Below, piece by piece: positions 1 to 10,299 of a stretch of DNA of 64,000 nucleotides (within the stretch, counting starts at the first letter, position 1; every line of letters begins with the position of its first letter). Origin of the DNA: an uncultured Acidobacteriota bacterium (GTDB lineage: Bacteria; Acidobacteriota; Thermoanaerobaculia; UBA5066; DATFVB01); contig CAWEYG010000001.1 in NCBI GenBank assembly GCA_963813155.1, positions 640,001-704,000 on the forward strand. Direction: 5' to 3'. The notes below the pieces were generated by a model. The model made no database searches. It saw nothing but the letters and a program-made list of their open reading frames with translations, and was not told where the DNA came from. The translations under genes and the position numbers were made by a program.

Positions 1-1025
1 GCCGTCGTCGGCGCCCACCGGCCGGAGGCCCTCCTCTTCGTCGCCGTGACCGCGTTCGGGTTCGACATGAACCTCCGCGCGGTGATCCGAAAAGCCAGGA
101 ACGGGAAATTCGGAGGAGCGGGAGGATATCTCGCGCACGTCGGAGTCTCGATCATGCTCGCGGGGATCGTGCTGTCGGCGCTCTACGCGGTCTCGCAGCG
201 CATCGCGCTCCCGAAAAACACGCCGGTCTCCGTCGCCGGTTACACGATGACCTTCACGTCCGTGATTCCTCCCACGGAAACGACGAAGCAGTCGATGGAG
301 GTCCTCGTTCGCTCTCCGAAGGGGAAGATCTTCTACGCGTACCCGAAGATGTACATCAACACGCGCACGAACCAGTTGATGGCCAACCCGTCGATCAAGA
401 GCAATCCGGTGATGGATCTCTACATCTCGCCGCAGGAATACGACCCCGGCGCGCCGATGAAGCTCGGAAAAGAGCTGACGCTGCGCAAGGGGCAGAGCAC
501 GACGCTCGGAGGGTTCGCAATCCGGTTCGACGAGTTCGAGGTCGATCGCAGCAAGATGACCGAAGGCGTCAAGGAGCTGGAGATCCGCTCGCACCTGACG
601 ATCACGCCCTCCGGCAAAGCGCCGTTTCCCGGCGACGCTCGCTTACGTCGCGCACCTGGACGGCGCCTCGCCGAACGAAGGCAAGCCGTTCAGCATCCCG
701 GGAACGGCCGCGGGGGTGATGACGGTCCAGGGCGTTTCGGCGGCCGAGGAATCCCTCGTCCTGAATGTCACCGGACTCGGAGGCGACTTCGTCGCGGCGA
801 CGCCGGAGACCCTCTCCGTCGACGTGACCCGCAAGCCGCTGATCTCGCTGGTGTGGGGCGGGTTCTACGTCATGATGTTCGGAGGCCTTCTGGCCTTCCT
901 CAAACGCTCGGGACAGGCGCGCGAGGCCGTGCTCGCGGAAGACAAGATCGACGTCCGACGCCTCCACCGCCGCTCCCTCGCCGCCGCTCCAGCCCGCTCC
1001 CGTGCACGCCCGCGCCGAGACGTAA
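1..1025 (+). CDS. ccmF: Cytochrome c biogenesis heme lyase CcmF/NrfE, C-terminal part (5'-partial, indels near 630 and 955)
   Basis: GGYLAHVGVSIMLAGI, DLYISP and KPLISLVWGGFYVMMFGGLLA are typical CcmF C-terminal segments. They are split over ORFs 46..1092 and 716..1429; inferred stop TAA at 1023-1025. Confidence 0.8.
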
Positions 1026-1028
1026 ACC

Positions 1029-1165
1029 TCGCTCGGTTCGGGGGCGGGCCTGTCGCGGGACTCGCTCCTCTTTTCGCTCGCCGCGAGCCTGAGGACTTTG
1101 CTACACCCGCGTCGCGAGCGGCAAAAGGGAGTCTCGCCCCGCGCCACCCGCCCGCTCCCGAGCGA
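1029..1165. repeat. Long palindromic REP/MITE-like element, family A copy 1
   Basis: Terminal inverted repeat TCGCTCGG...CCGAGCGA with nested stems. Shares CCTGTCRCGGGACTCG, CGCGAGCGGCAAAAGGG and CGCCACCCGCCCG with 35541-35662. Confidence 0.8.
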
Positions 1166-1202
1166 CGCCGGCGGAGCGGCCGGGGCCAACGTGCCGGCGC
1201 AG

Positions 1203-1256
1203 GCTGGTCTCTGAGATCCCGAGGGAAAGCGAACTGCGGCCGAGGGTCGAAGAGAC
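1203..1256 (+). repeat. REP-like hairpin, family B copy 1
   Basis: 48-nt core differs at 2 positions from the reverse complement of 11456-11503; lies between convergent genes. Confidence 0.85.
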
Positions 1257-1307
1257 TTGCCGAGGCCGGCGCTGGGGCCAGGGCCGCGAAGCGCGGCGAG
1301 CGAGTCC

Positions 1308-2487
1308 CTAGACCTCGCGGAGCGCCGACACGATCTTCAGCCGGGCCGCGCGGAACGCGGGGAAGAACCCGCCGAACAATCCCATCGCGACGGAAAAGAC
1401 GATCCCTCCGAGCATCAACGGTCCGGTGATCTCGAAGTTGAAGAGAATGTCGGAGAAGGTGCGGAAGTTGTTCGTCCCGACCGGCCCGGTCAGGATCGTG
1501 TGGACGAGGGCGACCGCGAGCACGACCCCGACGGCTCCCCCGGCGAGCGCCAGAAGGACAGATTCGATCAGGAAGGAGAAAGAGAACGGACCGGCGGGAA
1601 TACCCGAGGGCCCGCAGCGTCCCGATCTCGCGCGTGCGCGCGGTCACCTGCGCGTACATCGTGTTCATCGCGCCGAACGCGGCGCCGATCGCCATCATCA
1701 CGCCGACCAGATAAGCGAGATACTTGATCGGCGTCGCCGTCTGCATCTGCTCCGCGTAGTACTTGGTTTCCGTCTTCCCTTCGAGCTTGACGCGCTGGTC
1801 GCCCTTCACGCTCGCGATGATCCGGTCGCGGGACGCCGCGTCGGTCGTTCGAAGGACCATCGACGATGCGCCCGGGCCGCGGTGGATCTGGCCTTCGAGA
1901 TTGTGGAAATCCACCCAGATCTCGGAATCGTACGGGGTGTTCCGCCCGTCGAAGACACCGACGATGACCCATCGCTCCGAGCCCGCCTTGAGAACGTTTC
2001 CGAGGTCGCAATTCGCGAATCGCTGCGCGACGCTCGACGGAACGATCGCCTCGTCGGTCCCGGGATTGAACATCCGGCCGCGCACGAGCTTGAGCGTCGG
2101 CCGGATTTCGAACGCCACGGGCAGCTCGACGCCTCGGACCTGGACGTTCGTCTTCGTTCCGTCCCGTTTCGGCGTGTTGACGAGGACGACGAGCTCCGGC
2201 GAGGCCAGCGCGTTCCCCTTCGCGTCGCGCTCGACACCCGGAAGCGTCTTCAGCGTGTCGATCTGGTCCGGCGCGACGAAGGACTGCATCTCCGACTGTG
2301 CTCCCGTTCGCATCACGACGACGTTCCGATCGGAGACCGTCTGCGTGAGGGTCTTCGTGATGCCCTCCACGAGAGACATGATCACGATGAAGACCGTGAC
2401 GACGAACGCGATGACCATCACGGTCATGCCCGTCGATACCTTCCGGACGAACAGGTTCCGGAGGTTGTACTTGAGCGGGATCGCCAT
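1308..2487 (-). CDS. ABC transporter permease, MacB/FtsX family (indel near 1580)
   Basis: Starts [16 protein letters not shown]; NTMYAQVTARTREIGTLRALG FtsX motif; C-terminus GGFFPAFRAARLKIV lies in a second frame. Confidence 0.9.
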
Positions 2488-3638
2488 CAGACGACCTGCC
2501 GCAGGCCGTCGACGACCTTGATTCGCGAGGACCGGATGGCCGGAACGATCCCCGAGAGGATTCCGATGCCGACGGAGACGAGGAACGCGAAAAGGAGCGT
2601 CGACCCGGTCACGCGAAAATTGTAGGTGAACGGAGCGGCGGGGGTGTGCTTCAGGCCCTCGACCATGCCGTGGATCAGCGGCACCGAGAGAAGCACTCCG
2701 ATCGCGCCGCCGAGAAGCGACAGGATGATCGTCTCGAACAGCACGATCGACAGCACGTGCCGCCCCAGGAAGCCGAGCGCGCGCATCACCGCGATTTCGG
2801 TGACGCGCTCGCGGGCGGACATCGCGATCGTGTTCGCGACGATCAGGACGATCACGAAGAGCACCGCGATCATCACGGCGCGGATGAAGAGCTTGACGTT
2901 GCCCATCATTTCCGTGAACTGCAGCTGGAACTGCTTCTCCGACATCGCCTTCGTCGGCGCCGAGGAGTTCTCGAACAGCGCGTTGATCGTGTTGCAGATC
3001 GGCCCGACGTTCTGCGCCGTGTTCGCCTTCAGGTAGTAGATCCCCGTCTGGCCCCGCCGGCCGAGAAAAGAATTCTCGAGATACTTGTTGTCGAAGAAAA
3101 TGTTTCCCTCGTCGATCGACGTGTACACGCCGCGCAGGACGAGATCCAGGGGAATCGAAATGTAGGTTCCGCGGATCTGGATGCGGTCGCCGATCTTCCA
3201 GTGATACCGGTTCACGAGCTCCTTGCCGGCGATGAACGCGTCGCGCTCTCCCTGCCACGCCTTGATCTGCGCCGGATCGATCTTGTAGTCGTCGAAGATC
3301 TGCGGCCACGTTTCCGGATCGGTCGAGAGCTGCCCGAAGAAGTTCTCCGGCTTGTCGTCCTTGTAGACGCCGCCGAACCAGATCTCGGGAGCGACGGCCA
3401 CGACCCCCGGAATCTGCGCGATCCGCTCGCGGTAGGCGAGCGGCATGAAATTCGCGAGACCCGTGGCATGCTGGACGACGATCCGGTTTCCGCCCGCGTT
3501 CTGGTCGTACGACAGCGCCTTCAGAAGCGACGTCAGGATGACGATCAGCACGAGCACCATGACGATCGAGCCCATCGTCAGGAAAGTTCGCGTCTTCTTC
3601 CGGAAGACGTTCTTCCAGATCAGGTGAAAGAACTTCAC
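2487..3638 (-). CDS. ABC transporter permease, MacB/FtsX family
   Basis: GTG start [18 protein letters not shown]; [23 protein letters not shown]; ends [21 protein letters not shown]. Confidence 0.9.
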   Translation of the reverse strand: MKFFHLIWKNVFRKKTRTFLTMGSIVMVLVLIVILTSLLKALSYDQNAGGNRIVVQHATGLANFMPLAYRERIAQIPGVVAVAPEIWFGGVYKDDKPENFFGQLSTDPETWPQIFDDYKIDPAQIKAWQGERDAFIAGKELVNRYHWKIGDRIQIRGTYISIPLDLVLRGVYTSIDEGNIFFDNKYLENSFLGRRGQTGIYYLKANTAQNVGPICNTINALFENSSAPTKAMSEKQFQLQFTEMMGNVKLFIRAVMIAVLFVIVLIVANTIAMSARERVTEIAVMRALGFLGRHVLSIVLFETIILSLLGGAIGVLLSVPLIHGMVEGLKHTPAAPFTYNFRVTGSTLLFAFLVSVGIGILSGIVPAIRSSRIKVVDGLRQVV

Positions 3639-4347
3639 GTCCGCTCCCCCGCGACCGCCCGGCCGGCGCTGTCGACGAGCACGCCCTTCTCGAGGTGAAC
3701 GAGCCGGTGCGCATGGCTCGCGGCCTTGAGGTCGTGCGTCACCATGACGATCGTCTTGCCGAATTCCTTGTTGAGACGGCTCATGAGCGTCAGGACTTCC
3801 TCCCCGGACTTCGCGTCGAGGTCTCCCGTCGGCTCGTCGGCGACGAGGAGCTTCGGGTCGGTCACGACCGCCCGCGCGATCGCGACGCGCTGTTCCTGCC
3901 CGCCGGAGAGCTGGCGCGGATAGTGGTCCATCCGGTCCGAGAGGCCGACGATCGCAGAGCGCCGCGCGCACGTGCTCGCGGCGCTCCTTTTTCGAAAGGT
4001 GCGTCAGGAGCAGCGGCAGCTCGACGTTCTCGAAGGCCGTCAGAACCGGAATCAGGTTGTACAGCTGAAAGATGAACCCGACGGTGTTCGCCCGCCATCG
4101 GGCGAGATCCGTCTGCGACAGCTTCGCGATGTCGATCGCCGGCGACGACGACGCGGCCCCGGGTGGGAGAATCGATCCCGGCGATGAGGTTCAGCAGCGT
4201 CGTCTTTCCGGAGCCCGAAGGCCCCATCAGCGCGAGGTATTCCCCCTGCGGAACGTCGATCGACAGGTCCTGGAGGACGACGACTTCCTCCACGCCCCGT
4301 CGGTAGATCTTCGTGACGTGATCGATCGAAATCAGCGGCTCGGCCAT
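3635..4347 (-). CDS. ABC transporter ATP-binding protein, LolD/MacB-like (indels near 4135 and 3955)
   Basis: Walker [10 protein letters not shown], signature [14 protein letters not shown], Walker [10 protein letters not shown]-loop VTHD. Confidence 0.9.
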
Positions 4348-4348
4348 T

Positions 4349-5499
4349 TCACTCTCCCTTGAACTTTCACTCTTTCTCCGTCCCGGACCTGCGCCTTCGC
4401 CGCGTCGGCGACGAGCTTCTCGCCGCCCTGCAGCCCTTCGAGGATCTCGACCTGGCCCTGGTTTTCCTGTCCGGCCCTGACCGCCCGGAAAGCTAGCCCG
4501 TCCGTCGGCGACCAGATAGACGCCCGGCGCGCCCTCGCGCGACGCGAGGGCGGATTTCGGAACGAGCACGTGCGTCTTCGTCTGCGCTCCGGCCGTCGGC
4601 TTCTCGGTGAAGTTCACGCGCGCCGACATGTCGGGAAGGATGTTGTCGTCCTTGTCGTCGATCGCGACCTTCACCTTGACGGTCCCCTTCGACCGGTCGG
4701 CCGTCGGAATGACCTGAAGAAGCGACCCGTGGTACGCATGATCCGGATACGCATCGAGCACGATCTCGGCGGGCTGCTTCGGGCGGAGCCGGCCGAGGTT
4801 CGACTCGTTGATGTCCGCGCCCACGTAGAGCGTCGAGAAGTCCACGAGCGTCACGATCGCTCCCCCGTTGGCGGAGCCCTGGCCGGGCGAACCGTAGGGC
4901 GAGACCGCTTCGCCGACATGGGCGCGTTTCGCGATGACGCGCCCCGAAAACGGAGCGCGAATCTCCGCGTAGTCCTCCTGCGCTTCGACGTAGTGCACCT
5001 TCGCGCGGCTCGACGCTTCCGCGGCGATCGCGGCATCGACGCTCGAGGCAGGAGTGAGTCCGGCTTTCAGCAGGGCGCGCTGCCGCGCCAGATCCGCCGA
5101 CGCGTTGACCCAGGCCGCCTTCGTGTCCGCCAGCTGCGCGTCGAGGTCCACCTTGTCGAGACGGGCGAGGACCTGCCCCTTTTTCACGCGGTCACCCTCC
5201 TCGACGTACAGCGCGACGACCTTCGACGTGATCTTCGGAGAGAGGTCGGCCTTCGTGTCCGCCTCCACGTATCCGGTGGCGGAAAGCATGGTCGCGGCCT
5301 GTCCTTCGGTCACGACGGAGGAGCTCACCGTCTCGACCTGTTTGACCGACCAGACGCGCGTCGCCAGGACGTAGATTCCCGCGCCGACGGCGAGCGCCAG
5401 CACCGAGAACAAGATCATTGTTCCGAATGGTTTGCGCTCTTTCTCCGGCTCTCGATCGCGGTTGATTCGAAGCGCGGAGAGATCGTCCTTGGCTTCCAT
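4349..5499 (-). CDS. Efflux periplasmic adaptor (MacA/RND MFP subunit) (indel near 4490)
   Basis: N-terminal TM, SATGYV, VEEGDRVKKGQVLARLD lipoyl-like half, IRAPFSGRV, and LVPKSAL. Confidence 0.9.
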
Positions 5500-5532
5500 C
5501 ACGATCATTCTACGCGAAAGGTGTGAAGGGGT

Positions 5533-5898
5533 TTAGTTGAGCCAGACATGGATCGCCACCACAACTGCGAGCACGATCATCATTCGGAAATGCCACGCCC
5601 GAATCCTTGAACGAGCCGGCGGTGTCGACCCTTTCAACGCCAACCCGAGCGCAATCTGGAGCAGCATGAGGAAGAGTGCCGCGGTCGCAAAACGCAGGCC
5701 GGTCGCGTTTACACCCCTCATCTGGCGCGTTTGCATCGGAATCCAGCCGTGGACGAACGACAACAGGGGCAACAAGCCCCCCACCCAGTAGTGCGGCCAC
5801 ATTCGATCACGACGGAAGAGATAGGGGATCGAAATCTCGAAAGCAATCAGGACGAGGGCGGTCCAACCGGCGGCCAGTGTCAGGAACACAGGTCTCAT
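5533..5898 (-). CDS. Hypothetical membrane protein (4 TM, several His; possibly cytochrome b561-like)
   Basis: 121-aa hydrophobic ORF with His in or near the TM helices (HYW, VHG, WHF, IHVW), downstream of merR. Confidence 0.6.
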   Translation of the reverse strand: MRPVFLTLAAGWTALVLIAFEISIPYLFRRDRMWPHYWVGGLLPLLSFVHGWIPMQTRQMRGVNATGLRFATAALFLMLLQIALGLALKGSTPPARSRIRAWHFRMMIVLAVVVAIHVWLN

Positions 5899-5937
5899 GC
5901 GCGGAGACGATTCTGGAGTCCGTACCGCGGTAGAGAG

Positions 5938-6345
5938 TCAAGCGCGCTGTGCCGGGCAGGCGGGCGCCGGGCGGGCTCCCGGCTTCTGGAGAGCGGAAGC
6001 GAGACGGGCTTCGATGGCGCGCAGAGCGTCGATCTTCGCGCGGATGGTCTCCAATTTCGCCTGGGCGAGGCGAATGATCGACCGCACTTCCTTTCTCCGA
6101 ACGGTCCCCGCAGCCAACGGCATGGCGATCGAGGCGTGCAGCCGACGGAGCTCTCGCACTTCATTCAGAGTGAATCCCAGTCCCTGGCAGCCTTTGACGA
6201 AGAGAATGGTCTCCAGGTCGGACTCGTCGTAGATCCGATAACCCGCCGGCGACCTCGCGGGGCTGCGAAGCAGACGCCGCCGTTCGTAAAAACGGATCGT
6301 CTGGATGTTGACCCGGGCCCGGGTCGCCAGTTCGCCGATGCGCAT
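5938..6345 (-). CDS. MerR family transcriptional regulator
   Basis: MRIGELATRARVNIQTIRFYERRRLL...GYRIY...LGFTLNEVREL MerR HTH. Confidence 0.92.
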   Translation of the reverse strand: MRIGELATRARVNIQTIRFYERRRLLRSPARSPAGYRIYDESDLETILFVKGCQGLGFTLNEVRELRRLHASIAMPLAAGTVRRKEVRSIIRLAQAKLETIRAKIDALRAIEARLASALQKPGARPAPACPAQRA

Positions 6346-6354
6346 GGGAGCTCC

Positions 6355-6831
6355 TTATTTCCACGCGCCGAGGAGGCGGCGCACCGCGACGATCTCGCCC
6401 AGGTGGAAGGCCGTGTGGTCGGCCGTGAGCAGGATCTCGCGAAGATACGTCTGGCCGTCTCCGTGCGGGATGCGCGCGGTCAGCTTCAACTTCGGGTTCG
6501 CGGCGAGACGGGCGATCGCGCGGCGGTCTGCGCGGTACGCGGCGACGCTCCTCCCCCACGCGCGGGCGCTCGGCGGAGCCGGCTTCTTCGGCCAGTAGTC
6601 GTCGGGCCATTTCGGGGCGCGGTACGTCGGGTCGCGGCAGAAGTCGAGGATGTCGCGCTGGGCGAGACGGATGTGCTCGAGAAGCTGCCAGAGCGAGTAC
6701 GGAAGCTTTTTAGGCCGGACCCCGAGGAGCTTCGCCGGGATGCCCCGGACGGCGGCGTCGAAATCGACGTGGGCCTCTCCCGAGCTCAGCAGCCGGACGA
6801 GCTGCTCGCGGATCGGATCGCGCTTCTTCAT
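6355..6831 (-). CDS. DinB family protein
   Basis: YSLWQLLEHIRLAQRDIL and DHTAFHLGEIV, the His triad of the DinB/YfiT four-helix fold. Confidence 0.85.
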   Translation of the reverse strand: MKKRDPIREQLVRLLSSGEAHVDFDAAVRGIPAKLLGVRPKKLPYSLWQLLEHIRLAQRDILDFCRDPTYRAPKWPDDYWPKKPAPPSARAWGRSVAAYRADRRAIARLAANPKLKLTARIPHGDGQTYLREILLTADHTAFHLGEIVAVRRLLGAWK

Positions 6832-6847
6832 CGATGACCTCCTCGAA

Positions 6848-7450
6848 TCATTCCTCCAGGAACTCGACGACGCCCGTCTCCAGCGAATACTCGGCTCCCA
6901 CGACGAGCAGGCCGTCGCTCTGGATCAGCTTTTCCAGTATCCGGGAACCGTGCCGCAAGTGATCGACCGACACGCCGACATTGGCGCGAACGGCCTCGCG
7001 CACGAGCGCGTCCCGGTCGTTCCGGAGATCGGTCTTCAGCAGCCCCTCGACGGACGGCCGTACCCGGTCGACGATCGAGCGGAGATTCGGCGATTGATGC
7101 TCCGCCGGCTGCTGGAGCTCCTCGAGCGTGGCGAGGATCGCCCCGCACTCCGAGTGCCCGATCACGACGACGAGCCGGGTTCCAAACCGCGACGCCGCGA
7201 ACTCGATGCTTCCGACCTGCGAAGGGGCGACGATGTTGCCGGCGACGCGGATCACGAAGAGGTCGCCGAGGCCCTGGTCGAAAACGATCTCCGCGGGAAC
7301 GCGCGAGTCGGAACATCCGAGGACGATCGCGAACGGGCTCTGCTTCTTCGCGAGCTCGGCCCGGCTGACGGCCGCCTGGCTCGTCTTTCCCTCCACGAAG
7401 CGCCGGTTGCCCTCGCGAAGACGGTCGAGCGCTTCCCGCGCAGAGATCAT
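6848..7450 (-). CDS. Beta-class carbonic anhydrase
   Basis: LREGNRRF, zinc ligands CSDSRV and GHSECGA; ATG at 7450. Confidence 0.93.
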   Translation of the reverse strand: MISAREALDRLREGNRRFVEGKTSQAAVSRAELAKKQSPFAIVLGCSDSRVPAEIVFDQGLGDLFVIRVAGNIVAPSQVGSIEFAASRFGTRLVVVIGHSECGAILATLEELQQPAEHQSPNLRSIVDRVRPSVEGLLKTDLRNDRDALVREAVRANVGVSVDHLRHGSRILEKLIQSDGLLVVGAEYSLETGVVEFLEE

Positions 7451-7461
7451 CGGGAGGCCTG

Positions 7462-8862
7462 CTAGATGTGGATCGCGTGGCCGTTGGCGGCCGCTTCCGA
7501 CGCTTCGTGGATCGCCTCCGCGAGCGTCGGGTGGGCGTGGACGGTGCGCGCGAGGTCCTGGGCCGTCGCTTCGAGCTTCATGGCGGCGCCCGCCTCGGCG
7601 ATCAGCTCCGTCGCGCTCGGCCCGATGACATGGACGCCGAGCACCTCGCCGTACTTCTTGTCCGAGACGATCTTCACGAAGCCCTCGGTGTCGTTCAAGA
7701 CGCGCGCCTTGCCGATCGCGGCAAACGGGAACCTGCCGACGACGACGTCGTGGCCGCGCTCGCGAGCCTTCGCCTCGGTCAGGCCGATCGAGCCGATCTC
7801 CGGATGGCAATACGTGCAGCCGGGAATCTGGTCGTAGTTCAACGGATACGTCTCCGCGCCCGCCATCGTTTCTACCGAGACGATCCCCTCCGCTTGCGCG
7901 ACGTGCGCGAGCCACGGTGTCGGCACGACGTCGCCGATCGCGAAAACGCCCGGAACGTTCGTGCGGCAGTTCGCGTCGATCGTGATGTAACCCCGCTCGG
8001 TCGCCACACCCAGCTTCTCGAGGCCGATTTTCTCCGACAGGGGCTTTCGCCCGACGGCGACGAGAAGCTTCTCGGCCTTGAGCGTCTCGGTCTTCCCGCC
8101 GGGCGTCCGGGCGAGCACCTCGACTCCCTGGTCGTTTTTCGTGATCGTCTCGACCTTCGTGTCGACGAAGCTCGCGATGCCCTGTTTGCGGAACGAGGCC
8201 GCGAGCTCCTTGGAAACCTCCTCGTCCTCGACCGGCACGAGGCGGGGCAGCATTTCGACGATCGTGCACTTCGCGCCGAAGCGCGCGAACATCGAAGCGA
8301 ATTCCACGCCGACGGCGCCCGAGCCGATGACGACGAGCGACTTCGGGACTTCCTTGAGCTCCAGGATCGAGTCGGAATCGAGGATCGTCTGGTGGTCGGT
8401 CGCTGCGATCGGGAGCTGCCGCGGGTTCGACCCGGTCGCGATGAGGATGAACTTCGCGCCGAACGACGTTTCGTTCCCCGCCGCGTCGACGACCGAGACC
8501 GTCCGGTCGTCTTTGAGCGACCCGAACCCCGTGATCACGTCGACCTTGTTCTTCTTCATGAGAAACGCGATGCCGTTGCTGCTCTGACGCACGACCTTCG
8601 CCTTGTGCTTCATCGCGCCGGCCATGTCGAGACGAACCTCTTTGGCGACGACGCCCACGTCGCCCCCCTTTCGCGCCGACTCGAGCAGGTCCGCGGAGTG
8701 AAGCAGGGCCTTGGTCGGAATGCACCCGCGCAGCGTGCAGACGCCGCCGAGCGCGGCGTCCTTCTCCACGATCGCGGCCTTCATTCCGAGCTGGGAAGCG
8801 CGAATCGCCGCGACATATCCGCCGGGTCCGGAGCCGATCACCACGAGGTCGTAATTCGCCAT
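7462..8862 (-). CDS. lpdA: Dihydrolipoyl dehydrogenase
   Basis: GSGPGGY FAD loop, redox disulfide GGVCTLRGCIPTK, C-terminal HAHPTLAE. Confidence 0.95.
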   Translation of the reverse strand: MANYDLVVIGSGPGGYVAAIRASQLGMKAAIVEKDAALGGVCTLRGCIPTKALLHSADLLESARKGGDVGVVAKEVRLDMAGAMKHKAKVVRQSSNGIAFLMKKNKVDVITGFGSLKDDRTVSVVDAAGNETSFGAKFILIATGSNPRQLPIAATDHQTILDSDSILELKEVPKSLVVIGSGAVGVEFASMFARFGAKCTIVEMLPRLVPVEDEEVSKELAASFRKQGIASFVDTKVETITKNDQGVEVLARTPGGKTETLKAEKLLVAVGRKPLSEKIGLEKLGVATERGYITIDANCRTNVPGVFAIGDVVPTPWLAHVAQAEGIVSVETMAGAETYPLNYDQIPGCTYCHPEIGSIGLTEAKARERGHDVVVGRFPFAAIGKARVLNDTEGFVKIVSDKKYGEVLGVHVIGPSATELIAEAGAAMKLEATAQDLARTVHAHPTLAEAIHEASEAAANGHAIHI

Positions 8863-8903
8863 TCGAGGAATATATCCGAAAGCCGGCCGGGCATTCTCGG
8901 CCC

Positions 8904-8983
8904 GTCATCGCGAGGCCGCAAGGCGGCCGTGGCGATCTGGCCCGGGGCGCCGGAGCAGATTGCTTCGCTCCGCTCGCAATGAC
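8904..8983. repeat. REP/RPE-like palindrome (GTCATYGCGAG...CTCGCAATGAC type)
   Basis: Terminal inverted repeats GTCATCGCGAG / CTCGCAATGAC and inner GGCGATCTG / CAGATTGCT; lies between divergent lpdA and cls. Confidence 0.8.
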
Positions 8984-8999
8984 AGGATCGCCCCAACGC

Positions 9000-10268
9000 A
9001 TGAGGCCGCGCCGGCGACCCCGTCTTTCGATCGTCCCGCTTTTTGCGGCGGTTTTCCTGCTTCCCGGTTGCTCTTTTCAGCCGCGCGGCGAAGGGGTCTA
9101 TTTCTTCGAAGGCAAGGCCGATCCCGCCGACGCGGAATTCACGCGCGAGCTGTCGAGCGCGACCGGCGAGCCCGCGCTCGGCGGGAACCGCTGTCTCCTT
9201 CTCGAGAACGGCGACCGCATGTTCCCGGCGATGCTCGAAGAGATTCGGCGCGCGAAATCGTCGATCAACCTCGAAACCTACATCTTCGGCTCCGACGCGA
9301 CGGGAACGCGCTTCGCCCGCGCGATCGAGGAGCGGGCGCGGGCGGGCGTGCGGTGCCGCGTGCTCGTCGACGCCTGGGGAAGCCACACGCTCTCCAAGGG
9401 CCTGGAAGCCGAGATGAAGAAGGCGGGAGTCGAGTTCGAGCGTTTTCGCCCCCTTCTGCTGTTTCATCGCCTGAGGAACCGGACCCACCGCAAGATTCTG
9501 GTCGTCGACGGAAAGGTCGGGTTCGTCGGGGGCCAGGGCTTCGACGACCGGTGGGAGGGAGACGCGGATTCTCCCCGCCACTGGCACGACGCGGCCGTTC
9601 GCATCGAAGGACCGGGAGTGTCGAGGCTTCAGGGCATCTTCGCGGAGAACTGGATCGGCCAGAAACGGCCGGTTCCCTCCGGCCCCGGCGACTACCCCGT
9701 TCTCGATCCCGCCGGCGACGAAACGGTGATTTTCCAGCGGTCCTCGTTCGGCGAACGGAACTCCCGCTCGGCGCTGGGCTTCGACCTGCTGCTGCACGCC
9801 GCGAAGAAGGAGATCCGGATCGAGAACGCGTACTTCATCCCCGACGCGACCGCGATCGGGCTCCTGACCGACGCGGTCAAGCGCGGGGTGCGCGTGGAAA
9901 TCGTCCTCCCGGGCCCCAAGAACAACCTCGGCTACGTCCGCGACGCTTCGCGCGCGCGCTACGGCCCGCTGCTCGAGGGAGGCGTGAAGATCTTCGAGTA
10001 CCGTCCGACGATGATGCACGCGAAGACGATCGTGATCGACCGGACCTGGGCTTCCGTCGGATCCGCGAACATCGACAACCGCTCGTTTTTCCTGAACGAC
10101 GAGGCGAACGTCCTCGTTCGCAGCCCCGCGTTCTGCGACGATCTCTCGGCGATGTTCGACCGGGACCTCGCCCGATCGGACGAGATCACCCTGGAGCGGT
10201 GGCGCTCGCGCTCCTTCGGAACGAAGCTGCTCGAGCGGTTCATCGGGCTGTTCCAGAGCGAGCTGTAG
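9000..10268 (+). CDS. Phospholipase D family cardiolipin synthase-like protein with lipoprotein signal
   Basis: Two HKD motifs (THRKILVVD, MHAKTIVID) plus GSANIDNRS; N-terminal lipobox LPGC. ATG 9000 is preferred because ATG 8979 lies inside the repeat. Confidence 0.88.
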   Translation: MRPRRRPRLSIVPLFAAVFLLPGCSFQPRGEGVYFFEGKADPADAEFTRELSSATGEPALGGNRCLLLENGDRMFPAMLEEIRRAKSSINLETYIFGSDATGTRFARAIEERARAGVRCRVLVDAWGSHTLSKGLEAEMKKAGVEFERFRPLLLFHRLRNRTHRKILVVDGKVGFVGGQGFDDRWEGDADSPRHWHDAAVRIEGPGVSRLQGIFAENWIGQKRPVPSGPGDYPVLDPAGDETVIFQRSSFGERNSRSALGFDLLLHAAKKEIRIENAYFIPDATAIGLLTDAVKRGVRVEIVLPGPKNNLGYVRDASRARYGPLLEGGVKIFEYRPTMMHAKTIVIDRTWASVGSANIDNRSFFLNDEANVLVRSPAFCDDLSAMFDRDLARSDEITLERWRSRSFGTKLLERFIGLFQSEL

Positions 10269-10299
10269 CAGCGTAGGTCATAATCCGGCCGTGAGATCC

